Source: a virus (Duplodnaviria > Caudoviricetes). Taken from it: 36,415 nt of DNA. Positions within the stretch are counted from its first letter, which is position 1. Each line of letters opens with the position of its first letter. The stretch covers positions 1 through 36,415 of IMG/VR virus record IMGVR_UViG_3300012346_000073; one strand, written 5' to 3'. The notes under the pieces were generated by a model, which had not been told where the DNA came from, did no database searches, and was given only the letters and a program-made list of their open reading frames with translations. Positions 1-9,663 of the stretch are shown here, one piece after another. Position numbers and translations under genes: made by a program.

Positions 1-686
1 TACATCAGCTTGGTGTCAACCAGACGCTGGAGCATTGGGGCGTCGGACAGCACTTGACGGCTGGCGGCGATCCAATGAGCCATGGTGCGAACGGGCACAG
101 TGACCAATTCATATGTCAGGTTGGATTCAGCTTTGGACTGGAATTCACCTGCGCCAATGGCGGTAGAGGCCGAGCTAGGCTGCTGGGGTGCGCTGTTGTT
201 TGTGAACACGTTTTCGCGCATCACTTCAACGGCGTTGCTTGATGTTGGGATGCTGGTCAGCAGGTCGCGGATGAAGGCGGTGCGCTGAGCAGGAACAACC
301 ACATCGGCGCGGCGCTGAGGATTGACCAAAGCACCAGCAGAAGCTGCCAAGTTTGACAAAGCCTTGTTCACGCGCACAGAGTCGGTGCCGTTGCTGCGGG
401 CGTTTTTGTAGGCGTTGGATTCGACAAATTGCTGACCCAGAGATTTGGATTCAGCAGCGCCGCCGAATTGGCGTTGTGCAGCTTTTTCCATTTCAATGAC
501 GCGAGCGTCAATGCGATCCATGTCACCCTTGATGGTGTCCAGGCGCTCGGTGGCCGATGTCAAAGCCTTGCGGGTAGCCTCAGTGGCTTCGCCGTATTGC
601 TTGATTTCGCTGTCACGCTTGGAAACGGCAGCAGTGATTTCGGACTTGACGGTGTCCAAGTGACCTTTGAGTTCGGAAATATCCAT
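1..686 (-). CDS. Major capsid protein, 5' part (duplicate copy within the terminal repeat, runs off the window)
   Basis: Same sequence as 35564-36249; ATG at 686 with GGAG RBS. Confidence 0.9.
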   Translation of the reverse strand, partial: MDISELKGHLDTVKSEITAAVSKRDSEIKQYGEATEATRKALTSATERLDTIKGDMDRIDARVIEMEKAAQRQFGGAAESKSLGQQFVESNAYKNARSNGTDSVRVNKALSNLAASAGALVNPQRRADVVVPAQRTAFIRDLLTSIPTSSNAVEVMRENVFTNNSAPQQPSSASTAIGAGEFQSKAESNLTYELVTVPVRTMAHWIAASRQVLSDAPMLQRLVDTKLM

Positions 687-852
687 GATTTTCTCCAGTT
701 TAGATTCGGGCCAGATCGCCCAGTGCAGAATCAATCAAGCTCTTAACCTGATCGACAGACAATGGCGGCTGTCCCTTGGATTGAGTGCCTTGCAGCGGCT
801 CACCCTTCAACAGTGCCGTAATGCTGAACAACTCGTCCAGCAATTCTTTTTT
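1..852. repeat. Terminal direct repeat, copy 1 (matches 35564-36415)
   Basis: TACATCAGCTTGGTG at 1 recurs at 35564; ORFs recur with constant offset 35563 (429->35992, 82->35645). Confidence 0.97.
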
Positions 853-1371
853 GGCCTTTGCGTTCAGGTCATAACCCTCCGCAAATTGCCGCAGTTCTTT
901 GAGCGTCTTTACGCCCGTGATGATGGCTTGGTCGTTTGCAGGCCATGTGACCAAGGAAAACTCAAACAGCTTGCCTTCGTAGATGTGACGGATGCCAGAC
1001 TGGTCATATTGCGACTTTCCGCCGGGAATGGAAAAGCCAACGCTCATGCGGTCAATCACACCATCGCGCATCAACTCCAGCGCCTCGTCGCCTTGGCGGG
1101 TCTTGCTGATCTTGCCCTTGACCCAAAGACCTTTGGCGTCTTCGCGCATGTCAATCGGCATACCAATGGGCGAGTCGCTGCGATGCTGCCACAAAACCTT
1201 GATACGGCCAGAAGGGAAACCCTCTTTGATTGACTTGGCAAACGCGCCCTGCTCGATGATGTCATCATCGCTGTCGGTGTTGCCGTATGCAGCAGCGTAA
1301 CCCTCAAACGTGCGTTCTTCGGCGTTCAGCGCGGCATCATCAAATTTTAGGCTTTTGAATTCCATATTCAT
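700..1371 (-). CDS. HK97-family prohead protease
   Basis: FEGYAAAYGNTD, GAFAKSI, VLWQH, PIG, MSVGF, LFEFSLVTWPAN motifs; lies between MuF and capsid genes. Confidence 0.93.
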   Translation of the reverse strand: MNMEFKSLKFDDAALNAEERTFEGYAAAYGNTDSDDDIIEQGAFAKSIKEGFPSGRIKVLWQHRSDSPIGMPIDMREDAKGLWVKGKISKTRQGDEALELMRDGVIDRMSVGFSIPGGKSQYDQSGIRHIYEGKLFEFSLVTWPANDQAIITGVKTLKELRQFAEGYDLNAKAKKELLDELFSITALLKGEPLQGTQSKGQPPLSVDQVKSLIDSALGDLARI

Positions 1372-1386
1372 CCCTCACTTTTGCGA

Positions 1387-1414
1387 ATTATCGCATTGGT
1401 CTATGGCGTGTCAA
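1387..1414 (-). promoter_or_regulatory. Sigma70-like promoter for protease/capsid genes
   Basis: Minus strand TTGACA-16 nt-GATAAT with an extended TGn, in the 45-bp intergenic gap. Confidence 0.6.
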
Positions 1415-1416
1415 AC

Positions 1417-2199
1417 TTACTCAGTCAAATACACAACCGCGCAGCGGCAGTTGATGAGGTTTCCGGCGCTCGCGCTTGGGTCGCCAGGGAACATCAACTG
1501 TTCACCGCCAACATCAAACGCCTCATTCATGCCCACCACCTGCCCATCGGCATCTGCGTGGTCAAACTCGTCTGGCGGCGTTGTTCTGGTTCGCTCATCC
1601 TGCGCTGACACCCACTCTTTTTGCATTTTGAGTCCGGTCAACTCAGCGCCTGTCTGCGCCCCATAGTTTGCGGCTGTGTGCGTTTCGGTTCGGGCAATGA
1701 TGTTTGCTCGGGTTGCGGACATCGGCGCGGCATAGTCTCGAATGTTCTTTCCGATTTGCGCCACGCTCAGGCCTTCGTCGTAGCCGTTGCGAATCACTGT
1801 GCGGATCTGGTTTTCCGTTGTGCGGTCAATCTGAGTCACGCGCCGCGCCACCCACTCAAGGATGAAAGTCTCCAGTGCCCGGTTGAAAATGTCCATGATC
1901 CCGGCTTTGGTCACGTCCGCGCCTGGATGCGACTTGGCTTCAGTCAGGATGCGCTTGCCAAAATACGATGCCACCGTGCGGTAGTTTGTCGCAAAGGCCT
2001 GCGCCATCGCCAGTTTGCGATCATCAATAGACTGAGATATGGCAAGCTCACCGCGCTTTTCAAACGCATCGGCCACCTGACGCACGGTCTTAGCAAGCTC
2101 AATGCGTAGGCGGTTTTCAAACTTGGCGCTCATGCGGGTTTGGATGGCGTCATCCATCGCCCGCTGGCGCTGTTTGTTTGATGGGTTGATTGCGCTCAT
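1417..2199 (-). CDS. Head morphogenesis protein (Mu gpF / SPP1 gp7 family)
   Basis: RANIIARTETH, KEWVSAQDERTR, H..ADGQ, MFPGDP, NLINCRC motifs. Confidence 0.92.
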   Translation of the reverse strand: MSAINPSNKQRQRAMDDAIQTRMSAKFENRLRIELAKTVRQVADAFEKRGELAISQSIDDRKLAMAQAFATNYRTVASYFGKRILTEAKSHPGADVTKAGIMDIFNRALETFILEWVARRVTQIDRTTENQIRTVIRNGYDEGLSVAQIGKNIRDYAAPMSATRANIIARTETHTAANYGAQTGAELTGLKMQKEWVSAQDERTRTTPPDEFDHADADGQVVGMNEAFDVGGEQLMFPGDPSASAGNLINCRCAVVYLTE

Positions 2200-3488
2200 T
2201 CTTTGCCGTAGGCCAGAGCCTTGAGCATTTCAGGCGACAGGCCGGACAGTTGCAGGTTGTCTTGCGCCGCCGTAAATCCTGCGGGCAGCAAGCCGCCTTG
2301 CAAATATCCAATGTCGCCGCCCTCGATTGGTTCAACTCCCAACTTCAAAAGCTCGCTGATTGTGTTGAACGGCACGCCCATGTCAAACAGCTTCTTGGCC
2401 TCATCCAGCTTCTTGGAGTAATCCTCGCGCAAGGCCTCCACGCCGCCCAGATCGTAGTCGATGTACCACTCAGGGCCAAACTGTGCGGCCAGTTGTGCGT
2501 TCAACTGCGACCGAATCATGCGTAAAAGAGGCGTGATTGTGTCGGCCCAGAAAATCTTGCGGGCTGTCTCAATGTTTGCCAGGGTAGCGTTTTCCATGAT
2601 GCCAACCATGACAGGCGGAACACCCATGGCAGAGCAAATCTCCTCCCAGACCTTGGCGCGGCTGTTCACAAAGTCCAGTTCAACGGCTGACTGATTCAGA
2701 GTCTTAATGTCGCGCGTTGTAAAGAATGGAGCGCGGGCATTGTTGCTGCTGGCTTGCTTTTCCTTGTGCAACTCACGCAACCGGCTCATTTGCTCGGCTG
2801 TTGTCTCGGGGTCAATAATGATTGCGTAATCGCTGATGCCTCGGTTGTGCATCGAGTTCAGTTGCCATTGGCTTGACTCGCGGTCAACGTCCACGGCGCG
2901 CCCAGCGGCTTGAATTGTCGGCATCCCAAAAAGGAAGTCATTTGGGTTGACGGTCTTGACGTGCACCATGTCATCAGACTGGATGTCACGCGAGACACCG
3001 CCGTATTGGTAGCGGTATAGCTCAACAAGGCGCGTCTTGCCCGCCTGAATCTTGATTCCTTGAGGCAGCATCGGCCAGACCTCAACTGGCGCGTTTGCGT
3101 TGCCTGCGCGAATCAGCGACCAGTACGAATTGCCAGCCAGGTCAATGTGCTGGCTCATAAGTTCGGTCATTTCCGACCAAGAGAAGTCAGGATTCGGGTT
3201 GTCAATCAGCTTTTGCAGTGGAGATTCAGGCGCTTCAACCATCGTGCCATCGCGCTGCTTTTTCTTTGCCACCCATGGGATCTGGCCGACAGATTGCGCG
3301 CGGCGGTTGACGCAAGCGTAGAAGATGGCCGAGGCTTTCAAGCCCTGCTCAATCGCCACCTCTGTGTCCCACTTTTGAAATTGTGGAGCCGTGCGGCTCA
3401 TGGTCATCAAAAGCTCGGGCAAAGTAACGGACTTCAACTCAACAGTTGGCGCGTTCTTGAATCGTTTGAAAAAATTGAAATCCATCAT
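2196..3488 (-). CDS. Portal protein (HK97-like)
   Basis: 430 aa; YACVNRRA, LIDNPNP, LAGNSYW, GVPPVMVG..ENATLAN motifs; position in head module. Confidence 0.93.
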   Translation of the reverse strand: MMDFNFFKRFKNAPTVELKSVTLPELLMTMSRTAPQFQKWDTEVAIEQGLKASAIFYACVNRRAQSVGQIPWVAKKKQRDGTMVEAPESPLQKLIDNPNPDFSWSEMTELMSQHIDLAGNSYWSLIRAGNANAPVEVWPMLPQGIKIQAGKTRLVELYRYQYGGVSRDIQSDDMVHVKTVNPNDFLFGMPTIQAAGRAVDVDRESSQWQLNSMHNRGISDYAIIIDPETTAEQMSRLRELHKEKQASSNNARAPFFTTRDIKTLNQSAVELDFVNSRAKVWEEICSAMGVPPVMVGIMENATLANIETARKIFWADTITPLLRMIRSQLNAQLAAQFGPEWYIDYDLGGVEALREDYSKKLDEAKKLFDMGVPFNTISELLKLGVEPIEGGDIGYLQGGLLPAGFTAAQDNLQLSGLSPEMLKALAYGKE

Positions 3489-3494
3489 GGTTCC

Positions 3495-5441
3495 TTAAAA
3501 CACTTTTGTCGAGCCGTAGTAAACGGCAGAAACGGCAGCGCTTCCAAATCGAATGTTGGTGATATTCGTTGCGCCATAGTATATGGTTGAGGCTGACGCT
3601 GCAATTTGACCATTGATGTAGCTGATGGACAAATAGTCGTTACTGCCCGCCGTGAAGCTCAGGCCGGTGTTGTTGCCTGCATCAGTGGAGTTTGCGCCTA
3701 CGTTCCATGCGATGGGCCTCTTCAGGATCGCCTGTGTCGTGTTGGTCGAGCCAAGTTGCAACAGGTTGCCAGCCACGCCATTGATGCCGAAGCTCGTAAA
3801 CTCATTGGTTGTGCCGCCAGTAAACTGAATGCGACCAACGGCTGTGTTGGTCAGCCCTGCAAACTTGTTGGAGCCTGTAACAGTCAAAGTTCCTGCGCCA
3901 CCTTGGTTTAGTGTTGGATAGGTCTGGACACCTCCACCAACAAAGGTCTTGGTTGATGCGCCTGTCAGATTTATTGTGCCAGTGCCTGTGACAGTTACTC
4001 CTGTTCCACCAACGCTCCATGCGGTAGTACCAGATGACGCAATAGTCCATGTACCTGAACCAATTGCAATTGTTCTGGTGTTGTTGTTTGCGCTTGCAAA
4101 AGCAGACGGCGCATTTGGAAGCGTTACGTTGTATCCATTTGCGTCAAATGTTCCAGCAGTCAAAATCGTGCTTTGTGTTGTATTGCTTGTAGCAAATGCG
4201 TCCAGCAAAGTCACAGAACCGCCGGGTGTCTCAAATGTAATCGGCTGAGTAAATGTTTTGCCCGCACTTGTAATTGTCTGACTTCCACGTCCTGCAAGCG
4301 TAATACGCCCTGTACCCGTCAGCGTAGTCCCTGTACCGTTAATCCAGTTGCCGTAGATTGCTGGTGTGGTTGTACCTGTTGCCAGCGTCATGGTGTTGCT
4401 GGTACGGGCAGACATATCAATTGTGCCGATGTTGTAGGCGGCGTTGAGCGTTACAGTAGCACCCGATGCAGGGGAACTAATAAAAGTCGCCGTGTCTTGC
4501 GCTAATGGAAAAAATGTTGTTCCACCTGAAGTGCTGTCAGTGTCGCTCCATCCGGAATTAGAGCTCCAGTTACCCGTACCACCACGCCAATACACCGTCT
4601 TAGCCGCATCAAACGTAATCCCACTGTTGCCTTTGCAGTCACCCAAGCGAGTGCCACTGACGGGAGCAGCAGCACCAGCAATGGTGATGTCACGGAAGTC
4701 AATGTCAGTAAGGGATGCAACAGCCGCGCAGGTAAATGTTCGTGTTGTTCCGATTGCGCTTGATCGCAAAAACGTTCGCATCGTAGCGTTGGCTCCTGCG
4801 GAGAGCGTCAGAGTGCCGTTGATGGTTTGGTCTTCTAATGCAAAAACTTGCATCAAGCCAGCAGAAGAAGGAGCGCTTACCGTTAAATTATTAAATGTGT
4901 TTGCCCCTGCAATTGATTTTATTGCAGCGGCAGTGCTAGTAAACGAAACGTTATAAAAAGTTTTAGCACCTCCAGTAATTGCAAAACTAGTTCCAGTGCA
5001 ATTTATTAGAGAAGTCCCCGCATTAAACGTAAGGTTTATACCCGCCGCAAAACTAATCGGAGCAGAAGCAGAGCTTAACGTAATTGTGCTGCTACCAAGA
5101 TTGATTGTTCGCGCTGTAGAAGTGCTAGATGATAAAGATACAGCAGTTACGCTGTAGTTGTTAGTAGTAAACGTTCCTGCATTTATCGCTACTGAACTTG
5201 ATGAAGAAAAGGCAGCCCCCAAACTTAATTCAATGTCAATGCTTGTAACAAATATTTGTCCAACGGTAACTCCGCCGTTTGTAAACGTTACAACACCAAT
5301 ACCCGAGTTTGCGTCAAATGTTACCGTGTCAGCCGAGGAGGGAACAGAGAAGCCTCCAGAACCTCCAGAAGAATCCGACCAGTTGGCTGTATTTCCACTG
5401 CTCCAAGTTCCTGCTCCGCCTACCCAATATCTGGCCGCCAT
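3495..5441 (-). CDS. Large Thr/Gly/Ser-rich beta-solenoid virion appendage / adhesin-like protein
   Basis: 648 aa; twice-repeated YW.GG.G.WS...WSD..GG...P...DT.TF unit; autotransporter-passenger-like composition. Confidence 0.65.
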   Translation of the reverse strand: MAARYWVGGAGTWSSGNTANWSDSSGGSGGFSVPSSADTVTFDANSGIGVVTFTNGGVTVGQIFVTSIDIELSLGAAFSSSSSVAINAGTFTTNNYSVTAVSLSSSTSTARTINLGSSTITLSSASAPISFAAGINLTFNAGTSLINCTGTSFAITGGAKTFYNVSFTSTAAAIKSIAGANTFNNLTVSAPSSAGLMQVFALEDQTINGTLTLSAGANATMRTFLRSSAIGTTRTFTCAAVASLTDIDFRDITIAGAAAPVSGTRLGDCKGNSGITFDAAKTVYWRGGTGNWSSNSGWSDTDSTSGGTTFFPLAQDTATFISSPASGATVTLNAAYNIGTIDMSARTSNTMTLATGTTTPAIYGNWINGTGTTLTGTGRITLAGRGSQTITSAGKTFTQPITFETPGGSVTLLDAFATSNTTQSTILTAGTFDANGYNVTLPNAPSAFASANNNTRTIAIGSGTWTIASSGTTAWSVGGTGVTVTGTGTINLTGASTKTFVGGGVQTYPTLNQGGAGTLTVTGSNKFAGLTNTAVGRIQFTGGTTNEFTSFGINGVAGNLLQLGSTNTTQAILKRPIAWNVGANSTDAGNNTGLSFTAGSNDYLSISYINGQIAASASTIYYGATNITNIRFGSAAVSAVYYGSTKVF

Positions 5442-5626
5442 TACTCACCCGCCACTTCTTCAACAGGCACTTCTTCCGCAGGAGCAGTCACCACGGCAAT
5501 CCAGTTGTCCACACGTTGCTGCTTCATGGCTTGGATTTCTTCATCTGTAAACGTGTGATCGTCAGCCAGATGCAAGGCATCACGAAACAAACCATACTCC
5601 GTTTGGAATTCAAAGTCGATTTTCAT
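5441..5626 (-). CDS. Small acidic hypothetical protein of the fibre cassette
   Basis: 61 aa; overlaps both neighbours at start/stop codons. Confidence 0.75.
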   Translation of the reverse strand: MKIDFEFQTEYGLFRDALHLADDHTFTDEEIQAMKQQRVDNWIAVVTAPAEEVPVEEVAGE

Positions 5627-6738
5627 GGCGTGACAATGTAAAGAGTTGTTGCTTTGGGGCTCCCAGGCAGTGCGGACACCACCTCAACTTTTGTCAGGCC
5701 ACCAGCAAAAAGAGTGGCCCATGTCGTGTCGTAGTCCGTGCCGCTGGCCTTTACCAATGCTTGGCCGGTGGTTCCGCCAGCGGCCACGCCCGCGCCGGTT
5801 GCACCAGTTGCACCAGTTGCACCTGTGGCCCCGGTTGCGCCCGTTGCGCCAGTCTCGCCTTGAATACCCTGTGGCCCCTGAGGTCCAGTTGGGCCTGTTG
5901 CACCAGTCGGGCCAACAAGAGAGTCCAGCCATTCTGCCTCAGTGCCAACAAAACCATTGTCTAAGGCGACCTGGTAGGCTGAATCGCCATCAGCGCCCGT
6001 CGCTCCAGTTGCGCCGGTAGCGCCGGTAGCACCGGTTGCTCCCTGTATTCCTTGGATGCCTTGTGGACCTTGTGGGCCAGTTTCTCCCTGTATTCCCTGC
6101 TCGCCTTGAGGGCCAACCAAAGACAGCAGCCACTCGGCCTCGGTGCCAACAAAGCCATTTGCAACAGCCACTTCATAAGCCGAGTCGCCGTCAGCGCCTG
6201 TTGCGCCGGTAGCGCCAGTGGCTCCGGTTGCGCCGGTCGGTCCCCTGGCTCCAGTTTCCCCTTGAATACCCTGAATACCCTGTATTCCTTGCGGCCCCGT
6301 CTCGCCCTGAATGCCTTGTGGGCCTTGGTCTCCGGTGTCGCCTTTATCGCCCTTGTCACCTTTTTCGCCTTGGATGCCTTGAGGCCCTTGATCGCCAGTT
6401 GCACCCGTGGCCCCGGTTGCGCCTGTTGCGCCTTGAATGCCCTGCAAACCTCTTGGACCTTGCGGGCCAGTTGCGCCTTGCGGGCCGGTCAAATCACTGG
6501 TAACAACCGATTGGCCATCGCCGTAAAAAACAGTCAGTGTGCCATCGCCGTTGTCTTCAACATTGGTGATGCCTGGGCCTTCAGGTCCCTGCGGACCAAC
6601 TCCAACAATTTCAATAGTTTCGGTGGCCTGCTGGGTAACAATGACAGTACCGTCCTCAGTAATGACAATTTGATCTGTAGTTGTTTGCCCGTCAACAACA
6701 ACACTGCCGTTTTGAGTGACGACAACAACGTCAGTCAT
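5623..6738 (-). CDS. Collagen-like fibre protein
   Basis: Long Gly-X-Y runs (GATGAT, GPQGIQ), two [22 protein letters not shown] interruptions, C-terminal [10 protein letters not shown] and LPGSP..TTLYIV motifs. Confidence 0.9.
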   Translation of the reverse strand: MTDVVVVTQNGSVVVDGQTTTDQIVITEDGTVIVTQQATETIEIVGVGPQGPEGPGITNVEDNGDGTLTVFYGDGQSVVTSDLTGPQGATGPQGPRGLQGIQGATGATGATGATGDQGPQGIQGEKGDKGDKGDTGDQGPQGIQGETGPQGIQGIQGIQGETGARGPTGATGATGATGATGADGDSAYEVAVANGFVGTEAEWLLSLVGPQGEQGIQGETGPQGPQGIQGIQGATGATGATGATGATGADGDSAYQVALDNGFVGTEAEWLDSLVGPTGATGPTGPQGPQGIQGETGATGATGATGATGATGATGAGVAAGGTTGQALVKASGTDYDTTWATLFAGGLTKVEVVSALPGSPKATTLYIVTP

Positions 6739-7082
6739 CGAGTCACCTCGCGCTCAAACGTCACAGCGCCATACAAAATGGCCGTGACAAATCCGCTGGA
6801 CGATTCAAGCTCCAAGTCATAGACCCCGCATCCAGCAGTGATGGCCGACGTGGTGTCAGCGTCGATCTCCAAGACAATCGTGCCAGCGTCACCGCCAAGC
6901 GTGATCCGGTCGTTTTCGGTTGTCAGTTCAACGATGACGTCAGGATTGCAAACGCCTTGGCGAATCTGCATCCGTGCAATGTAACCGGTCAGGTCAACGG
7001 GCACGCCATCGGAATCTTTCCAGATGAGGTTTTGCAGGAAGGTTGAGCCCTGCCGAATTGTGATGTCGTATTCTGCCGCCAT
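6735..7082 (-). CDS. Ig-like/BppU-N-like fibre adaptor protein
   Basis: [42 protein letters not shown] pattern common upstream of phage collagen fibre genes. Confidence 0.65.
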   Translation of the reverse strand: MAAEYDITIRQGSTFLQNLIWKDSDGVPVDLTGYIARMQIRQGVCNPDVIVELTTENDRITLGGDAGTIVLEIDADTTSAITAGCGVYDLELESSSGFVTAILYGAVTFEREVTR

Positions 7083-7091
7083 GTTTTCTCC

Positions 7092-7592
7092 TTATCGGCG
7101 CACAAAAATGACGCCATTGTTGCCAGCACTTAAAACCATGGCAATTGGCAACTCAATTGTGTGAGTGCCTTTTGTCAGGCCACCGGCAATGGTTGGATGC
7201 GGGTACAAAACATCGCCATCCACCCATGTCTCGCTGACAACCGATCCATCGCAATCAATGCCGATAATCTCACCAAATGTCGTGACCAAGCCCGTTGCGT
7301 TGTTTGCAATTGACGCCTTAGCAATGCCAATAATGAAAATTGGATTGGTGTTTGTGGCCGACTTTGCGCCCTTGATTTTCCCGCTGTTTCCGTCTGACCC
7401 TGCGGCCATAACCAAATCGCCTTTGGCAATCGTCACGCCAGACTTGTTGACCACCGGGATCATATCTTGGCCCATAACCTCAGACACGGGAACTTTAACC
7501 GTCACGCCGTTTTGCACGATAGGGATGTATTCATCACCTTGCAGGTGCGCGGCCAGTGCCAATTCGGAAATCTTAAGCGTTGGTGCTGTCAT
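7092..7592 (-). CDS. Virion decoration/fibre-base protein with N-terminal KISEL domain
   Basis: KISEL..A..LQGDEYIPIVQNGVTVKV N-terminus, then NKSGVTIAKGDLV..IGIA...G.V...G cement-like region. Confidence 0.55.
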   Translation of the reverse strand: MTAPTLKISELALAAHLQGDEYIPIVQNGVTVKVPVSEVMGQDMIPVVNKSGVTIAKGDLVMAAGSDGNSGKIKGAKSATNTNPIFIIGIAKASIANNATGLVTTFGEIIGIDCDGSVVSETWVDGDVLYPHPTIAGGLTKGTHTIELPIAMVLSAGNNGVIFVRR

Positions 7593-7628
7593 TGGGCAAT
7601 CCTCAGTTTTGCGGCATTTTAGGATGAA

Positions 7629-8852
7629 TCACAAAAATTCCATAACGATGTCGGCCTTTGGAGCCTTGATTAGTGGTGCCAAGGCGTACCTGATCGCGTC
7701 CATGCAATGGTTGTGCGCGTCCACCACATCAGGCATGATGTCGCCAGTCAGCCTGTCCACTTTGTAGCTGTAAAGCCGCGACTCTTTGATCGTTTCAGCG
7801 CATCGAGGGTGAATGACGATTTCAGAATATCCCCTCATGTGGGCGATGCCATCCTGCACCGAGCCGGGCCATTTCTTCACGGCTTCAATCCGAGACAATC
7901 CTTTGCGCTTGAGGTAGCTGATTGTCTCTGGCCGCGCAGAATCAGCCCGAATGACGTGATTTTCAATGCCAGGCACGCATTTTTTGAGGTAATCCGCTGT
8001 CTCGTCGATCTCAAGAGCCACCTTGTAGGCCTCATGCTCAATGTAAAGATTCCCGGCGTGAATCCAGCATTTGACCGCCGTTGTTGGGTCTTGGGCAAAT
8101 CCCCAGTCAGCGCCGTGGTAAGGGCCATCCCAGTCAGCGCCAGGCACAAACTCGGCCACCTTGACCTTGCGGGCCAGCACCTGTGAATCGCTGCTTTGCA
8201 GGTAAGCGCCCTCCCAAATGTGGGCGTATGTGGCCGGGTCTAATGTGGATTGCTGGTGCTTGCGCAGTTTCTCAAGGCCAACCGGAAACCAAGGATTGTC
8301 CCCGTGGTTCATCTCCACAATCATTGAATCCTTGGGCGGGTTCTTCCTGAATCTTGAATCCACAGGACTACCATCCAACCGAGGGTTCCAGACAACCCAC
8401 ATCTCAGACTTTGGACGCCTGAAAACCGTGGCCTCCAGCGCCAGCCAGGATTGCTCAGGCACGTCTTCGGCCTCTTCAACAATGGTCAGGTCAATCTTTG
8501 CCAGCGATTTAATCGACCCGGTGTTGTGCCTTAGGCCCCTAAAAATGAACTCAGTTCCGTTATAGCCGCGCAAATAGTCGATGCCAACATCGTATGCGGC
8601 CTCAAGCCATGGATATGTGGCAATTGCCGCCTTCAACTCGGCGTGAAAAGACTCTTTAATGCTGGCCTGCAAGTCCCGCGCACACAAAACCCTTATCGGC
8701 TCGGCATAGCCCCAGATCGCAGCCATCAAGGCAAACGAGAACGACTTGGCCGACCCGCGCCCACCGTGAGCACCCCTGTATTGCAGTTCGCCTCGATCCT
8801 TGGCGAAAAGAGGCACCAGCTTTGGCGGCAATTCAATCTTTGCTTCGCTCAC
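7629..8852 (-). CDS. terL: Terminase large subunit (PBSX/Terminase_3-like)
   Basis: Walker A GGRGSAKS, Walker B IVEEAE, nuclease motifs GADWGF..DP and NHCMDAIRYA; GTG start. Confidence 0.96.
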   Translation of the reverse strand: MSEAKIELPPKLVPLFAKDRGELQYRGAHGGRGSAKSFSFALMAAIWGYAEPIRVLCARDLQASIKESFHAELKAAIATYPWLEAAYDVGIDYLRGYNGTEFIFRGLRHNTGSIKSLAKIDLTIVEEAEDVPEQSWLALEATVFRRPKSEMWVVWNPRLDGSPVDSRFRKNPPKDSMIVEMNHGDNPWFPVGLEKLRKHQQSTLDPATYAHIWEGAYLQSSDSQVLARKVKVAEFVPGADWDGPYHGADWGFAQDPTTAVKCWIHAGNLYIEHEAYKVALEIDETADYLKKCVPGIENHVIRADSARPETISYLKRKGLSRIEAVKKWPGSVQDGIAHMRGYSEIVIHPRCAETIKESRLYSYKVDRLTGDIMPDVVDAHNHCMDAIRYALAPLIKAPKADIVMEFL

Positions 8853-9238
8853 TGCTTGGCAATGATTCGGATGACAGTCGGTTTCATGCTGCCATCACTG
8901 TTCATCAAATCCACCTTTTGGGGCGCATTGAATCCGTGCATGGCATTTAGCTCTTTAACGGCTGAAACCTTAACGGCCCCATTGCCCTTTTGGTACGCTT
9001 CCAAAAGCGCTTGTACGCTCATCTCGCGCGTCCACAGGGCCTTTTGCGTGAGTTTCTCGCGCAGTTCGGCAACCCTACGTGAAACCTCTGACTTTGCCAT
9101 GATCTTGCTGGCCGCATCATGGATTGTCGGCTGCTTGGTTTCTGGCTTGACATTGAAGGCCGTGCGGTATGCGTCAGCCTGGGTCATGCCATCAGCAATG
9201 CACTGTGCGAATTTCTCCTGTTTCGGCGTCAAACTCAT
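8849..9238 (-). CDS. terS: Terminase small subunit
   Basis: LTPKQEKFAQ..G..QADAYR.A helix-turn-helix N-terminus; overlaps terL start. Confidence 0.9.
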   Translation of the reverse strand: MSLTPKQEKFAQCIADGMTQADAYRTAFNVKPETKQPTIHDAASKIMAKSEVSRRVAELREKLTQKALWTREMSVQALLEAYQKGNGAVKVSAVKELNAMHGFNAPQKVDLMNSDGSMKPTVIRIIAKQ

Positions 9239-9284
9239 ATTCTTTCCTTATTATGGCCCGTTCCCAAATTAACACCTTACTACT

Positions 9285-9402
9285 TGCGGCTTTCCGGTGA
9301 TTGACCTCGCAGCGCTATGAGTTCTCTTGCGGGTAGCGCTGGTCTGGCATTTGGGCTTTTTGACAAGTGGGCGACCTCGTCTGAAAGTTGGAAAGCCCCG
9401 CC
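9285..9402 (-). ncRNA. Putative structured leader RNA upstream of terS
   Basis: GGCTTTCC (9288-9295)/GGAAAGCC (9390-9397) closing stem and CAGCGCTA (9310-9317)/TAGCGCTG (9334-9341) inner stem in a 185-bp gap. Confidence 0.45.
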
Positions 9403-9423
9403 AATCTGTCGGCATTTTATGCG

Positions 9424-9663
9424 CTAATCCTTTGGGTGTAAGCAATTATCAGGCGGCACAATGATGCACCAGACTGATTCAAATTGCCCTCTTGCGCCTG
9501 GATTTATTGTCCACCTGTCAATATAAGCGTCTGGCATTGATTGAAGGCTTTTGTAAACGACGGTCTGAGTTGCGCCGATGTACTCCGAAATGCTGCGGGC
9601 GGTCATGCCATCCTCAAACCGCCTTAATAGCAGTCGAATTTCTGGATGGCGTGATTTACTCAT
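9424..9663 (-). CDS. Small winged-HTH-like protein
   Basis: IRLLLRR..DGMTARSISEYIG.....VYKSL pattern; MPDAYIDRW and PPDNC.HP motifs. Confidence 0.65.
   Translation of the reverse strand: MSKSRHPEIRLLLRRFEDGMTARSISEYIGATQTVVYKSLQSMPDAYIDRWTINPGARGQFESVWCIIVPPDNCLHPKD

Noticed and set aside
5790-6490. Nucleotide repeats as a mobile or regulatory element
   Set aside because: Explained by collagen Gly-X-Y coding with synonymous variation.
9285-9402. tRNA or hammerhead ribozyme
   Set aside because: No cloverleaf or T-loop, and no correctly placed CUGANGA/GAAA core on either strand by eye.
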